A stretch of 64,000 nt of DNA from contig CBDCTK010000002.1 in NCBI GenBank assembly GCA_965222225.1, positions 3,200,001 through 3,264,000 of the forward strand, written 5' to 3'. Below are positions 10,615 to 21,179 of the stretch, in pieces. Numbering within the stretch: position 1 is the first letter of the stretch; every line of letters begins with the position of its first letter. This stretch comes from Candidatus Poribacteria bacterium (GTDB taxonomy: Bacteria > Poribacteria > WGA-4E > JAJDTR01). The position numbers and the translations under genes were made by a program. Under the pieces are notes generated by a model. It was not told the DNA's origin and did no database searches. It was given only the letters and a program-made list of their open reading frames with translations.

Positions 10615-11115
10615 ATGAATGCAATCGAACTCCACGATTTTGACGAACAAGTTGATATGATGAAAGCCCACGCATGGGATCGCGTTTTGATGTGGCCTCA
10701 ATTGTGGTCTGAGTTCAAAACGCCGCCAAACCATGTTTGGAACTGGGGTTCTGTACCTTTTGAAAAAAGTTACTCAGATGCTGTCCCCGGTGACCGGCAT
10801 GGTGTATATACTTTCGCGATTGCTCCCGGCGTTGCTCAGCATCCTTTGCTTTACCTCGTGACTTATGTGGGTAAAGCGGATCAAATGACATTGCAATCAC
10901 GCTTCCTTAGTTATTTTTACGAACGATCCAGTATTAAAAGACCACAGATTGGTCGGTTTCTTCGGCAATACGATGGGTTCATAATGTTTAGTTTTTGTCC
11001 CATCGCGGATGTTTCGACAATTCATGAAATCTAAAATCAGCTAATTAACGCATTGATCCCACCTTTGTGTAGACGATACCCGGATAAGGTTTCGGCACCG
11101 CGACGAGCCTTTTAG
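10615..11115 (+). pseudogene. GIY-YIG nuclease-like gene with an in-frame TAA at 11032-11034
   Basis: GVYTF...YVGKA...LQSRFLSY motifs; the frame continues after the stop as NQLINALIPPLCRRYPDKVSAPRRAF* to 11115. Confidence 0.7.
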
Positions 11116-11146
11116 CGATCGCGAGAGGCCGAGACGAAAGGTCAAG

Positions 11147-12420
11147 ATGTGTAAAGAACTCAACCTACCTGCACTAAAGGGCATTATCGGGGATTGGGTT
11201 TACTACGTTACATTGCTTCCGTTCCTAGAAGTGCGAAAACGAATCCGAAGAACCCGTGATATTCACGAGGCACAAGTATTAGAGGATTGGTTACAACGTG
11301 ACTTGACGGATCGAGGTGATGAAATAGCTGACTATTTGGCGACCCAGAAACAGTGCTTCTTCAATGGGGTTGTCGTAGGGGTCTATGGCGGAGAACCGCA
11401 GTGGTACCCCCTCTCCTTGCAACCCTCTACGTACCTAGATCCGATTACGGTTGGTGAGAGTGTTGAAGCCGGTATGGGCATACTGAAATTGACTGGCAAC
11501 GAAAAACTTTTTGCGCTTGATGGTCAACATCGTGTCGAAGGGGTTAAACGCCTTGTCGATCAAATAGGAGAAGAAGGATTTGAGAAAAGACCCGACGAAC
11601 TGTGTGCGATATTCGTAGCTCATAAACAGTCGCGCTCCGGAATGCAAAGATCCCGACGCCTATTTTCCACGCTGAATAGGTATGCAAAGCCTGTAAGTCT
11701 CACTGATTTGATTATTCTTGATGAAGACGACATCGTTGCGATTACGTGCCGACGTTTGATTGAAAAGCATCCGTTATTTGCGGACGGCAAGATTTCGTTA
11801 CAACAACAGAAGGCCATAAACACTACAGATCGCCGTAGTTTTACATCGATTGTTGCGCTATATCAATCTATGGACATGTATCTGGGCATCAGATTCACGC
11901 CGAATCGCCATTGGAAGAAATTCAAGTTGATGCGCCCGGACGAAAACGCCGTTAAACAGTATGTCTCTAGAGCTAGCCGGTTTTGGGACAACCTGGTTGA
12001 ACAGCTTTCAGAACTCCAATTTGTAGTAAATATGAAGCCGGACGATGAGCTCCCAGATAAATTTAGGAGCGTATATGGGGCGGAAATCTACTTTTCCGCC
12101 CCATATTGCCCTTGATCCTCACGAAAGCCCTCAAGAATGCCATGGCCCTCGGAATGAGCGAAGATGCCTTTCTATCACGATTTTGTCGGATTCCGAAAGA
12201 GTTAAATCGTCCGCCGTGGCGCGGCGTTTTGTGGACCGACTCTATGGTGACGCGAGCGAAAAACCAAAACATCGCAGAGCGTCTTATTCTATGGATGGTC
12301 AATGCTGATCCACAGGAGAAGAAAATCAAGGCGCGAACACTTTGCCAAGATATTGCCGCCCTTCAGGATAAGCAAATCGCAGATATCCAATTGCCAGAAA
12401 AAGTCATGAAAGCACCATGA
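11147..12420 (+). pseudogene. DGQHR-domain (DndB-like) protein, frameshifted near 12077-12080
   Basis: LQRDL, FALDGQHR, RRLFSTLNRYAKPVS. Adding one G to the GGGG run joins 11147.. to the 12106..12420 frame (YGGGNLLFRPILPLILTKAL). The stop overlaps the sspF ATG. Confidence 0.75.
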
Positions 12421-14288
12421 AAGCTGCCGAAGACTGGATCCGTTTCCTTCGCAAGTACGGCCCCATTGCCCAAAACGGAAACATGTTTGATGAGGAAATT
12501 TGGCGGGCGGCCAAGCGGACAGGTATCGAGCCAATCACGTTTGACCATCCTTTAGCCGAACGGCTTCTCCGCTGCTTCGGTCTCTCCAGCGATGAATGGA
12601 AATCCGTTATCCTCACCGGAACAGCAGGTGATGGCAAAACGCACCTATGCCGTACTGTATGGGAAAAACTTGGCGGAAGTGGTGAGGAATGGGCATCAGA
12701 CGAACCTTATGTTATGATAACAGTTCAACATCCGAACAGAGGAAAAGTCCAAGTTCATGTGATTCGAGATCTCAGTGCTTGGGTGCCGCAACAAGGAATG
12801 GCATGGCCTCAAGAGAAGGCACAACTGTTGTTGAAGTTCAGTAAACTACTTTCTGAGGCTGACCCAACCGATTTTTTTCTAATTGCGGCTAATGATGGTC
12901 AACTCATTGAAGCATGGCGACGATTGGCAGAGCATACAGAAGACGAAGATGTTGAACTGGCACTTCTGATATTTGACGATTTACTTTTCAAGGGAGAAGA
13001 AGAGAGGAGCGGCCTAAAGTTCTTTAACCTCAGCCAGATGAAATCTTCCGACTTGTTTGAACTGGCTTTGGGGAAACTTCTCTCACACGAACGATGGCAG
13101 GAGTGTTTTGAGGGAGAAGCCGCACAATCGGTTACTTTCGGTCCGCGATCACCTATCCGGCGAAATTACGAATTACTTCGCGAGCCATTGATACAGACCC
13201 GTCTTAGAACGCTTTTTGAATTTTTCGACTACAATGAACTCCATGTGCCAATTCGGGAAATTTTACTGCTTTTAGCAAACGCGATTCTTGGTCATCCCGA
13301 CTGTCGGGAAAGGTTGATGATTCCCAAGGATGTCGAACGAGTTCTCAACAACGGGACATTGGCAAGAGCCAGTTTATACAGCAACATCTTCGGCGGAAAT
13401 CTGTCTGCTACTCGTCAAGAGTCTATTCCTGTCTTCCGTTATCTGAACCTGCTACGCATCGGCTACGAAACGACCAACCGTATTGACAATATCCTAATCT
13501 TCGGCGACACAGATGAACGGCTGCGTCTCTATTTCCAGAAGTTGGTTGACGACGATGCGTTTTATGGGGCAGACAAATCTTATGGGGAGGCGCGAGATGC
13601 CTACATTGAGGGGCCCGAAGAGGATGAAGAGAAAAGTGTAGAATTCTTGGAAGCGTTGGTCGCGCAACGCCGTGCGTTGTTCTTCAAAATCCCAACTGAA
13701 TGGGAAGATGAACTAAAGCTATGGGATTTAACGGTGTTCAAACACGCCGGCACCTATCGGACGAAGGTATTCCTAGCGTTGAAAGAAGGTAAGAAGGTTG
13801 AAAGGCGAATCGTCCGGCGTTTGGTCAAGGGCCTCAACCGCATCTGGGTGGGTATGTTGATTGATAGAGATCAAGATGTCTATCTGGCAACCGGACTTGC
13901 ATTCTCTAACGCACGGGTGAGTCGCATTCTTGAGGAGCAAATTTCGGTCGCGCCCCGATTGGGACAGAAGGTTGAGATTATCTTGAGAAAAAGTGATGAG
14001 ATGCCAATGATTCAGGTCGTGTTGTCCCCAACAATTGACCGCTCTTTTGCGCTGACTTTGACCCGTTTCGAGTTTCTCAACAGAGTTGCCGACGGTGCGC
14101 TCCCCAACAGTTTCTCCAAAGAATGTTACGAAGATGTAATGACTTTCAAGAGTCGGGTTTTGGCGGCGCTTGCGGAGCGCCGTGTGCGGGATGAAGAAGA
14201 ACAAGATGCAGAACTAACCCTTCGTCTCCTAGGTGTTGACGAACACGGAAATCCCACCGAAGAAACCGTGGAGTTGCCAAATGTCTGA
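12417..14288 (+). CDS. sspF: P-loop NTPase, SspF-like
   Basis: VILTGTAGDGKT, IAANDGQL; first of three coupled genes ending in an FtsK ATPase. Confidence 0.78.
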   Translation: MKAAEDWIRFLRKYGPIAQNGNMFDEEIWRAAKRTGIEPITFDHPLAERLLRCFGLSSDEWKSVILTGTAGDGKTHLCRTVWEKLGGSGEEWASDEPYVMITVQHPNRGKVQVHVIRDLSAWVPQQGMAWPQEKAQLLLKFSKLLSEADPTDFFLIAANDGQLIEAWRRLAEHTEDEDVELALLIFDDLLFKGEEERSGLKFFNLSQMKSSDLFELALGKLLSHERWQECFEGEAAQSVTFGPRSPIRRNYELLREPLIQTRLRTLFEFFDYNELHVPIREILLLLANAILGHPDCRERLMIPKDVERVLNNGTLARASLYSNIFGGNLSATRQESIPVFRYLNLLRIGYETTNRIDNILIFGDTDERLRLYFQKLVDDDAFYGADKSYGEARDAYIEGPEEDEEKSVEFLEALVAQRRALFFKIPTEWEDELKLWDLTVFKHAGTYRTKVFLALKEGKKVERRIVRRLVKGLNRIWVGMLIDRDQDVYLATGLAFSNARVSRILEEQISVAPRLGQKVEIILRKSDEMPMIQVVLSPTIDRSFALTLTRFEFLNRVADGALPNSFSKECYEDVMTFKSRVLAALAERRVRDEEEQDAELTLRLLGVDEHGNPTEETVELPNV

Positions 14289-15861
14289 GTATTTACAGTC
14301 GGGAAATATCGTATCGAATATGCATTGTCGAAGTGACCATCCGAGCATCTCCCCTTGGTTGGACGAACAGATTTGGGGACACCGCATTTGGGACAACCAG
14401 AGTCCATGGCTACTTTTTCTGGAATTCTTAAGCGTCGCCGAAGCCTGCCATCGTGAGAATAGACTATTTGACGAATGCGGCGTGTCCTATCCGTTACAAT
14501 TTCGGCCTTATCAGCGACTTTACTTGAGAAACATCCTTTTCAAGAATGGGTTTGTTGATGGTATTGACGCGACACGCAGCGATGGTGGCGCATGGGAGGA
14601 GTGGATTCAACGAATGAACACCGAAGCGGATGGGGTCACAGCACGGACTTTTGTGTATCTCAAAGACAAGTTTTCATCATTTCATGATTTCGCGACCATC
14701 GTCGGAACACTTCGTGACACTGCTGTTGAAGGTGACAGGAATAGGAGATGGTCGTCCCGTTTTGTATTTCCTTTCGGGCCGCACGGTCTGTACGAAGACC
14801 TTAATGTAAGAGGTAGCAGTGTTTCTCGCGAATACATCAACTTCGGGCGGACCGGTGAACTCCTCTACCTGATGCTCTGTCGCTCAAAGTCCGCAGAAGA
14901 TCTGCGAGAGCCTATAAAATTGTTGTTTGATGAGGATAACTACCTCAATAAGTTGCTCAAACGCCTTCAACCTGATGAAGATGACGACCTGCATCGTAGA
15001 GGACAGAGCTATCTTCCTTATATTAAACATCACTGCTTTGATTTTCTTGGTGAGGATTGGAAGAACATCTTCGACCTGAAACTGCCGGGATTTGATGCCT
15101 ATCAGTTTTTGGTAGAACTCAGTGCCTTCCATGTGATGCTGTACCAGCTTAACACCGCCACGTGGTTCATACCGGAGAGCCGGAAGGTTCGCTTCATCTG
15201 CGAGGTGATTGCTCCTCAAAAAACACTCATCCGAGAATTGTCGATTGCCAATTACCAACAGAACAACGTGTTGACAGCGCAGGCTGTTGACTCATACGTC
15301 TCCCGTATTTCGGAGTCCGAGGATTGGTTGGCGGCAATTGAAGGTTCTACGGGAGCAGATGCCTTCATTAAATGCAAGGAGATTCTGCAAAATGAACTCC
15401 GGTGGCCCCCAACCCGACCCAACGCTTCCAATAGGTACGACGGTCCATCAAACCCATTCGATCTCCTCAAACAACTCAGAGAGACTGCTCGAAAAGGACA
15501 TCGGCAACATGTAGGGAATGTTCATCGCGTTTATGGAGGGGCAACCGGGTTGATCTCTCGGCGCGGCACAAATCGACTTCGCTACGCTCCAAACGATACC
15601 TTCCTCAAAACCATGGTGGTCGCCAATGTTGGAGAACGTAAGGAATTCAACAAATTCTTAAGCGATCTCTATAGGCGGTATGGGCTAGTTTTTGGAGAGC
15701 AAGAAGCCTCGGATGCTCTTCCCTCTAAAGCATTTGATCAGAAAGTCTTTCAAGCGAATACCGAGCGTTTGGAACGGCGTCTTTCCAGCATGGGTATGTT
15801 ACGCCGCCTTTCCGACGCCTGCGCTTACGTCATCAATCCTTTTGGGAAGGAACAAAAATGA
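14281..15861 (+). CDS. sspG: SspG-like protein
   Basis: WLDEQIWGHR, RWSSRFVFPFG, C-terminal LRRLSDACAYVINPF; lies between sspF and sspH. ATG 14281 preferred over TTG 14233. Confidence 0.75.
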   Translation: MSEYLQSGNIVSNMHCRSDHPSISPWLDEQIWGHRIWDNQSPWLLFLEFLSVAEACHRENRLFDECGVSYPLQFRPYQRLYLRNILFKNGFVDGIDATRSDGGAWEEWIQRMNTEADGVTARTFVYLKDKFSSFHDFATIVGTLRDTAVEGDRNRRWSSRFVFPFGPHGLYEDLNVRGSSVSREYINFGRTGELLYLMLCRSKSAEDLREPIKLLFDEDNYLNKLLKRLQPDEDDDLHRRGQSYLPYIKHHCFDFLGEDWKNIFDLKLPGFDAYQFLVELSAFHVMLYQLNTATWFIPESRKVRFICEVIAPQKTLIRELSIANYQQNNVLTAQAVDSYVSRISESEDWLAAIEGSTGADAFIKCKEILQNELRWPPTRPNASNRYDGPSNPFDLLKQLRETARKGHRQHVGNVHRVYGGATGLISRRGTNRLRYAPNDTFLKTMVVANVGERKEFNKFLSDLYRRYGLVFGEQEASDALPSKAFDQKVFQANTERLERRLSSMGMLRRLSDACAYVINPFGKEQK

Positions 15862-18800
15862 CGACTGACGAACTGATTGGACAAGTTGGCGCCAAATATT
15901 TGCGAATAAAACTTGATGAAGCCGACGACTCCGACGACACTGCTCGATACCTCATTGATCGGCTCTCAGAGGGACAGACCGCAGACATTGCAAAGGCGAT
16001 ATTGGCTGATGCAGTGCTTAGCAAAAAGGTTGAGATTAAGTTGCCAACTCGTTTCATGCAAGGGCAGAAGCTACCCGATTTGATTCTGACCGATGAGAGG
16101 GCAACATACTATCGTAATGCTCAATGCAGGAAGGCAGCTCTCTTGCTCGCGACGACGGGCGATGACGAAGCGCAATCACTGAATCACCTCACCCCGATTG
16201 GTATTGCCCAACTGATGGATAACCCCAAATTTTGGGTCGATGTTGCCTCAACCGATGCAGATCTTTCGGAGAGTAATCGGAAATGGTGGGAGAAGGCGCT
16301 CAAGGGATTATTCGAGTTAAACATCTGCTCACTAGAGCAGATTGCTCAGTACATTCTGCAAACCCGCAACGCTATTGTCGATGATGGACACCCCATTGTA
16401 CATGCGCTTGACGCGGCACTACCAGCGCTACAGATTCCCAGAGGCACCGGGGATTTCAACGGAATCAAGGACAATTATCGAGGCTATACCGCCCAATGGC
16501 GGAGACGTTACGAGTCTGCTCACCGCAAATATGCCTGTTACCTTCGCAAATATACCCCAAACCAGACCCTCCTGAATGAGGATGACCTCAAGGCTGCTTT
16601 CGACGCGGCAAAGGATGCCATCCCTGAAAATTACCATTCTCTGATTGTCGCGTTCATCGGAGCCCCAACCGGGTGGAATGACCACGCCCAGGAATTGGCT
16701 GAATGTGAATGGGACATCGTTGGTCAACCGTTGTTTGAGGGGTTGAAGCCGGAAAAGAAGGGCATTGGGGAACTGACCTTTGCATTCTATGATGAGCGTG
16801 AACCGGAACTTCTCACTGAATCCGAGCGGGATTATTTGCAGCGACTCAAGCAGCGCGGGAGACTTCCAAGAAACGATGATGAAGAGGATAAACAGTTTTA
16901 CGAAGACCACCGAAATGAACTCAAGGAAGACCGCACACTCAAGTCACTGTGGGACCGGTTTATTTTCAAAACCCCGCTGGAGTCCGACGATTTCTTGGTT
17001 GGGCTAATACAATGCATCGAAAGACTCCTTGGCGCGAAATCGGCCAGCGGGGAAACGCGAATGACAATTCGTTGTGATCGTCGATCTAGAAGAGATCTCA
17101 GAGACCTCAATGTTGAGGCAGGGCTTTATTTTGCTACGCGCTATCGTGGATTGCCAACGTTGTTCGGGCCGAAAGTGACGTGGGCACCGGAGCTCGATCA
17201 ACTCTTTTCTTTTTCAGAATTGGTAGAAACTTGGCGCGGTGAAAGTGGTTCCAGGCTGTGTGAGTCAACGGCGAAAGCAGCGCGACAGATCAAATTCACA
17301 ATCGAACTTAGTGCCTCAGATGATACTGCAAAGCACGCGACCCAACTTATTTGGGAATTTGACCTGAGTAGCATCACCACCCAATTTCACAGCGATTTTA
17401 ACCGTCTTGTGGAACACCCGCTAGTCTTCTGTCACACGACACGCGAACCTATCAGCACCAAAGGCGAATTCCAGCCCCTTAACCTGTCCAATGTGAAGTC
17501 GTTTGGCCCGGCCTATGGAAATGAGCGCGGTTCTTTTATCGCCATTTACCAAGAGGACAACGATATCGCTGAAATATGGCTTAGAAATTTGGAAATAGCA
17601 AAACAGGAGCACCTGCGGACCGACGCAGACGCACAACAGATTCGGTCAAGATTTGAAATCTTTCGCGCATCCTACGCGGCGGCAATAGCGGGATTCATGA
17701 AGCGTGGAGTGGCTTGCGCTGAACTCCTAGAACAGTTATCCGATTACGCGGAACTTCTGGAGACATTATGCCATCACGCCAAAGGTGACCGCAATCGGGA
17801 GTTGTTGTTAAACCCACTTCTGAAAATCGGTGCTGTTGCCGTGGAAGGCGGACCGCTTGCAACAGTTGTTACCCCGTGGCATCCGCTTCGTCTGGCCGCA
17901 ATGACGGTAAAGGCAAAACAGGTGGCAGAACTCCTTCACCGTCTGCTCGCCGCTGAAGACCTAGCTTTTGGCAATGCAGAGCGATTCTATTTCCGAGAGA
18001 TTGAAGAAGCGTTGGCGCATGCCTATTACCCTGAAGTTGTCCCAGGTTGGGACCGCGGTGAACCGAAACTGTTGTCGCTGACCGATACTGTGGGAGATTA
18101 CAGTCTGCACGAACACCCTGTTGTGACCGACGAAGCTAGCGATGGCACAAATGACAACCCTGAAGGAGCTGCCAACCTTGTCACCGATCAAGTTGACCGT
18201 TATTTGCAACTTCAACCCCATGCTCAAACTAACCTCTCTGTCGCCCTCTACAACTGCGATTCTGTGCGCCTTCTGCAAGCGGTTGTCGAGAAGATTCGTA
18301 AGAAGTACGAAGAAAACGAAGATGTACTTTGCCAGATTGTGCTTCGGCATCGGAACAAGAAACGCCTGCGTGGGCTCTATGAGCAGATTATTCAAAGTAG
18401 TGGTGAAGAAGTTGATGCCTTCAGTGCCAGCGAAGCAACCAAGGATTTCATGGCTCGTTTGCGCATCAATATCATCGCTGATCAGGTGTCGCAGCCAGAT
18501 AAACGGGATGGCTGCCCGATGGACATCGTGTTCTCCCAAGATGTTATCGCTCGCCATGCCGGAATCGAGTGGTACAGTGAAGATGCTCGACCTGTCGAAC
18601 TTCTCAAGTTGTTCCCTTCTCGCTGGTCCCGCCGCCGGCCCGCCTCCAAAGACGATATGAAGTCTGTTGTTTACCTCTGCTGTCCTGTTCAAAGCCGTGA
18701 AGTTTGGACGTATTTGACAGCAATGGCAACTGTACTAAAAGGTGATTGGGACGAAAACGAAGCAAGTCGACTATTGCCCGCAAGACAATTAGACTTCCAA

Positions 18801-21179
18801 AAACAAGAAATGACCAGCATTTTTGAAGAGACGCACAATCTTGGAAACTGGGTAATTAACTACGATGAACTTCTTGACCGCCGCCAAGTGGAGAATCAAA
18901 ATGCTCGTGTCATTCGATACAAGCAGTCTGCCACACAGGGACGGAATACAATCATTTCGTCAAAGGCGAATCTCGAATTTCTCGAAAACATGCTTGTCCG
19001 TCGCTTAAAGGCACTCGCGCTTGATTTGGACGAAGCCGCTTACCAACGACTTGCAGGGGAGTTTTGTGACGATGCCAATAGGATTTCTGGCGACATTGTG
19101 CTCCGTGCCGCCAAACGGGGACGGAACGCGAGTGAGCTTATCGGCGTGGTTTTGAGCCGATTCCTCATCCGGCATGAGTTGAGAGATAATGACTACTTTG
19201 GCTGGTACTTTCTTGACGATTATGCGGAATGGTTGGGGTTACGAGAAGGACGAATCGCTGATATTCTGGCAATGAGTCCATCTCAGACACAAGACGGGAA
19301 ATTGAGACTAGACATCGTTGTTTCAGAAGCGAAATACATCAGTGCTAGCGATCTGTCAAGAAAAAAGGAAGAATCTCAAAAGCAACTCCGCGACACTCTT
19401 AACCGAATCGCTGACGCACTCTTCGGTCAACCGGAGCGTTTGGACAAGCCGCTTTGGTTGTCACGGTTATCCGACCTAGTTCTTGACGGACTCCGGTTGC
19501 CGGCCAGTGCGCATATTAATCTTTCCGACTGGCGAGGATTTATTCGAGAGGGAAAATGTCAGATTTTCCTGCGAGGTTATTCTCATGTGTTCGTTTCAGG
19601 CCCCCCGGCTGCGGAGTGTTCGGAACTGATTTCGGTAGCGCATTGCGAAGAGGCATACCAGGAAGTGTTCTCACACGCAAAGGTTCGGGATCTTGTTCTG
19701 TTTTACAAGGAGGACGCCGATCCGATTTCAATCAGGCGAGATAATGTCGGCGAGGAGATTTGGTCGACAAAAACTTATCGCGGACCAGTGGGTGACACGC
19801 TCACGGTTGAAAGACCGCCACGCTCTGCCGAATCTCGTGACATTCAACCCGAAGCAGAATGCGAAGAACTCGAATCTGAAGCACAAACGGTTACTGAAGC
19901 AGCTACCCTGAATGATGAATTGATTTCTGCAGACACGGTCGAAAGCCAAAATCAAAACGCTGACACACGGCATGCCGCCATTTCGGAAAGCTGGGCTTAT
20001 AAGGGAGTTGCTCGTTTTCTAGCTGAATATCAGGGAAACGAAGTTGAAACCCAAGACGCAGAACATTGGTTGGTTGAAACAGCACGGCAGTGCAGAGGCG
20101 CGCTTCAACAGTTCCAGCTTCAAGCCAAACTGCTTGACAGCATTCTCACTCCGAACGCCGCACTGCTGAAGTTCCAGGGAAGCGCGGATCTGACCGTGGA
20201 ACTGGTGTCAAGGCGACGCAGTGAGTTCTTGACAACTTATGGACTCAATCTAATTTCAGTACGACCTGAGCCGGGGAAAGTAACGATCTCAGTTGCCCGT
20301 CCAGAACGCCGGATCTTGTACCTGCCACAAATCTGGCGAAACTGGGCTAAGGACGCACCCAACCACGATGAGGGAGATCGCAACAGAGGCAACCAAAAAC
20401 TCCTAATCGGTCTGAAGGAAGAAGACAGTAGTCCGCTTTTTTTATCACCCAGAGAGAATGCCCCACACACGTTGATTGCAGGTTCGACCGGTAGCGGCAA
20501 GTCTGTTCTGATGCAAAACATTATTCTTGGCATCGCCGCCACCAATACGCCGGAGCAAGCCCACATCGTTCTAATAGATCCGAAGATGGGCGTGGATTAT
20601 TTTGCGTTTGAGGATTTACCTCACTTGCAAGGAGGTGTGATCGACGACCAAGAAACGGCCGTTGAGCATCTGAACCAACTGATATCAGAAATGAATCGTC
20701 GATACAAAGTGCTTCGGCAGAACCGGGTGAGCGACATATTCGACCTTAATGCCAAGCCAAGGGCGACGGAACATTTGCCGGTCCTTTGGATCATCCACGA
20801 TGAATTTGCGGAGTGGATGATGACTGAAGAATACAAAAACACCGTTACCAATGTTGTGTCACGGTTGGGCGTTAAGGCAAGGGCCGCAGGAATCTTCCTT
20901 GTTTTTGCTGCCCAGCGCCCGGATAATCACGTTATGCCAATGCAGTTGCGGGCAAACCTAGGCAACCGTCTAATCCTTCAGGTTGATGGTGAAGGCACAT
21001 CTGAAATTGCCCTAGGTGAACCGGGGGCAGAACGTCTCTTAGGCAAAGGGCATTTGGCGGCAAAATTGGTGGGCGAATCCACCATCATTACTGCCCAAGT
21101 GCCGTTCGTTACCGCAGAAAACCTGGAAGAGATTGTTATACGGATCCAAATGGAAGAGATGCACGAAGCCGCCCCATGA
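15858..21179 (+). CDS. sspH: SspH-like protein with C-terminal FtsK/HerA ATPase
   Basis: 1773 aa; PHTLIAGSTGSGKS, LIDPK, IIHDEFAE, ARAAGIFLVFAAQRP, GAERLLGKG; putative PD-(D/E)xK segment ADIL...VSEAKY. Confidence 0.82.
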   Translation: MTTDELIGQVGAKYLRIKLDEADDSDDTARYLIDRLSEGQTADIAKAILADAVLSKKVEIKLPTRFMQGQKLPDLILTDERATYYRNAQCRKAALLLATTGDDEAQSLNHLTPIGIAQLMDNPKFWVDVASTDADLSESNRKWWEKALKGLFELNICSLEQIAQYILQTRNAIVDDGHPIVHALDAALPALQIPRGTGDFNGIKDNYRGYTAQWRRRYESAHRKYACYLRKYTPNQTLLNEDDLKAAFDAAKDAIPENYHSLIVAFIGAPTGWNDHAQELAECEWDIVGQPLFEGLKPEKKGIGELTFAFYDEREPELLTESERDYLQRLKQRGRLPRNDDEEDKQFYEDHRNELKEDRTLKSLWDRFIFKTPLESDDFLVGLIQCIERLLGAKSASGETRMTIRCDRRSRRDLRDLNVEAGLYFATRYRGLPTLFGPKVTWAPELDQLFSFSELVETWRGESGSRLCESTAKAARQIKFTIELSASDDTAKHATQLIWEFDLSSITTQFHSDFNRLVEHPLVFCHTTREPISTKGEFQPLNLSNVKSFGPAYGNERGSFIAIYQEDNDIAEIWLRNLEIAKQEHLRTDADAQQIRSRFEIFRASYAAAIAGFMKRGVACAELLEQLSDYAELLETLCHHAKGDRNRELLLNPLLKIGAVAVEGGPLATVVTPWHPLRLAAMTVKAKQVAELLHRLLAAEDLAFGNAERFYFREIEEALAHAYYPEVVPGWDRGEPKLLSLTDTVGDYSLHEHPVVTDEASDGTNDNPEGAANLVTDQVDRYLQLQPHAQTNLSVALYNCDSVRLLQAVVEKIRKKYEENEDVLCQIVLRHRNKKRLRGLYEQIIQSSGEEVDAFSASEATKDFMARLRINIIADQVSQPDKRDGCPMDIVFSQDVIARHAGIEWYSEDARPVELLKLFPSRWSRRRPASKDDMKSVVYLCCPVQSREVWTYLTAMATVLKGDWDENEASRLLPARQLDFQKQEMTSIFEETHNLGNWVINYDELLDRRQVENQNARVIRYKQSATQGRNTIISSKANLEFLENMLVRRLKALALDLDEAAYQRLAGEFCDDANRISGDIVLRAAKRGRNASELIGVVLSRFLIRHELRDNDYFGWYFLDDYAEWLGLREGRIADILAMSPSQTQDGKLRLDIVVSEAKYISASDLSRKKEESQKQLRDTLNRIADALFGQPERLDKPLWLSRLSDLVLDGLRLPASAHINLSDWRGFIREGKCQIFLRGYSHVFVSGPPAAECSELISVAHCEEAYQEVFSHAKVRDLVLFYKEDADPISIRRDNVGEEIWSTKTYRGPVGDTLTVERPPRSAESRDIQPEAECEELESEAQTVTEAATLNDELISADTVESQNQNADTRHAAISESWAYKGVARFLAEYQGNEVETQDAEHWLVETARQCRGALQQFQLQAKLLDSILTPNAALLKFQGSADLTVELVSRRRSEFLTTYGLNLISVRPEPGKVTISVARPERRILYLPQIWRNWAKDAPNHDEGDRNRGNQKLLIGLKEEDSSPLFLSPRENAPHTLIAGSTGSGKSVLMQNIILGIAATNTPEQAHIVLIDPKMGVDYFAFEDLPHLQGGVIDDQETAVEHLNQLISEMNRRYKVLRQNRVSDIFDLNAKPRATEHLPVLWIIHDEFAEWMMTEEYKNTVTNVVSRLGVKARAAGIFLVFAAQRPDNHVMPMQLRANLGNRLILQVDGEGTSEIALGEPGAERLLGKGHLAAKLVGESTIITAQVPFVTAENLEEIVIRIQMEEMHEAAP

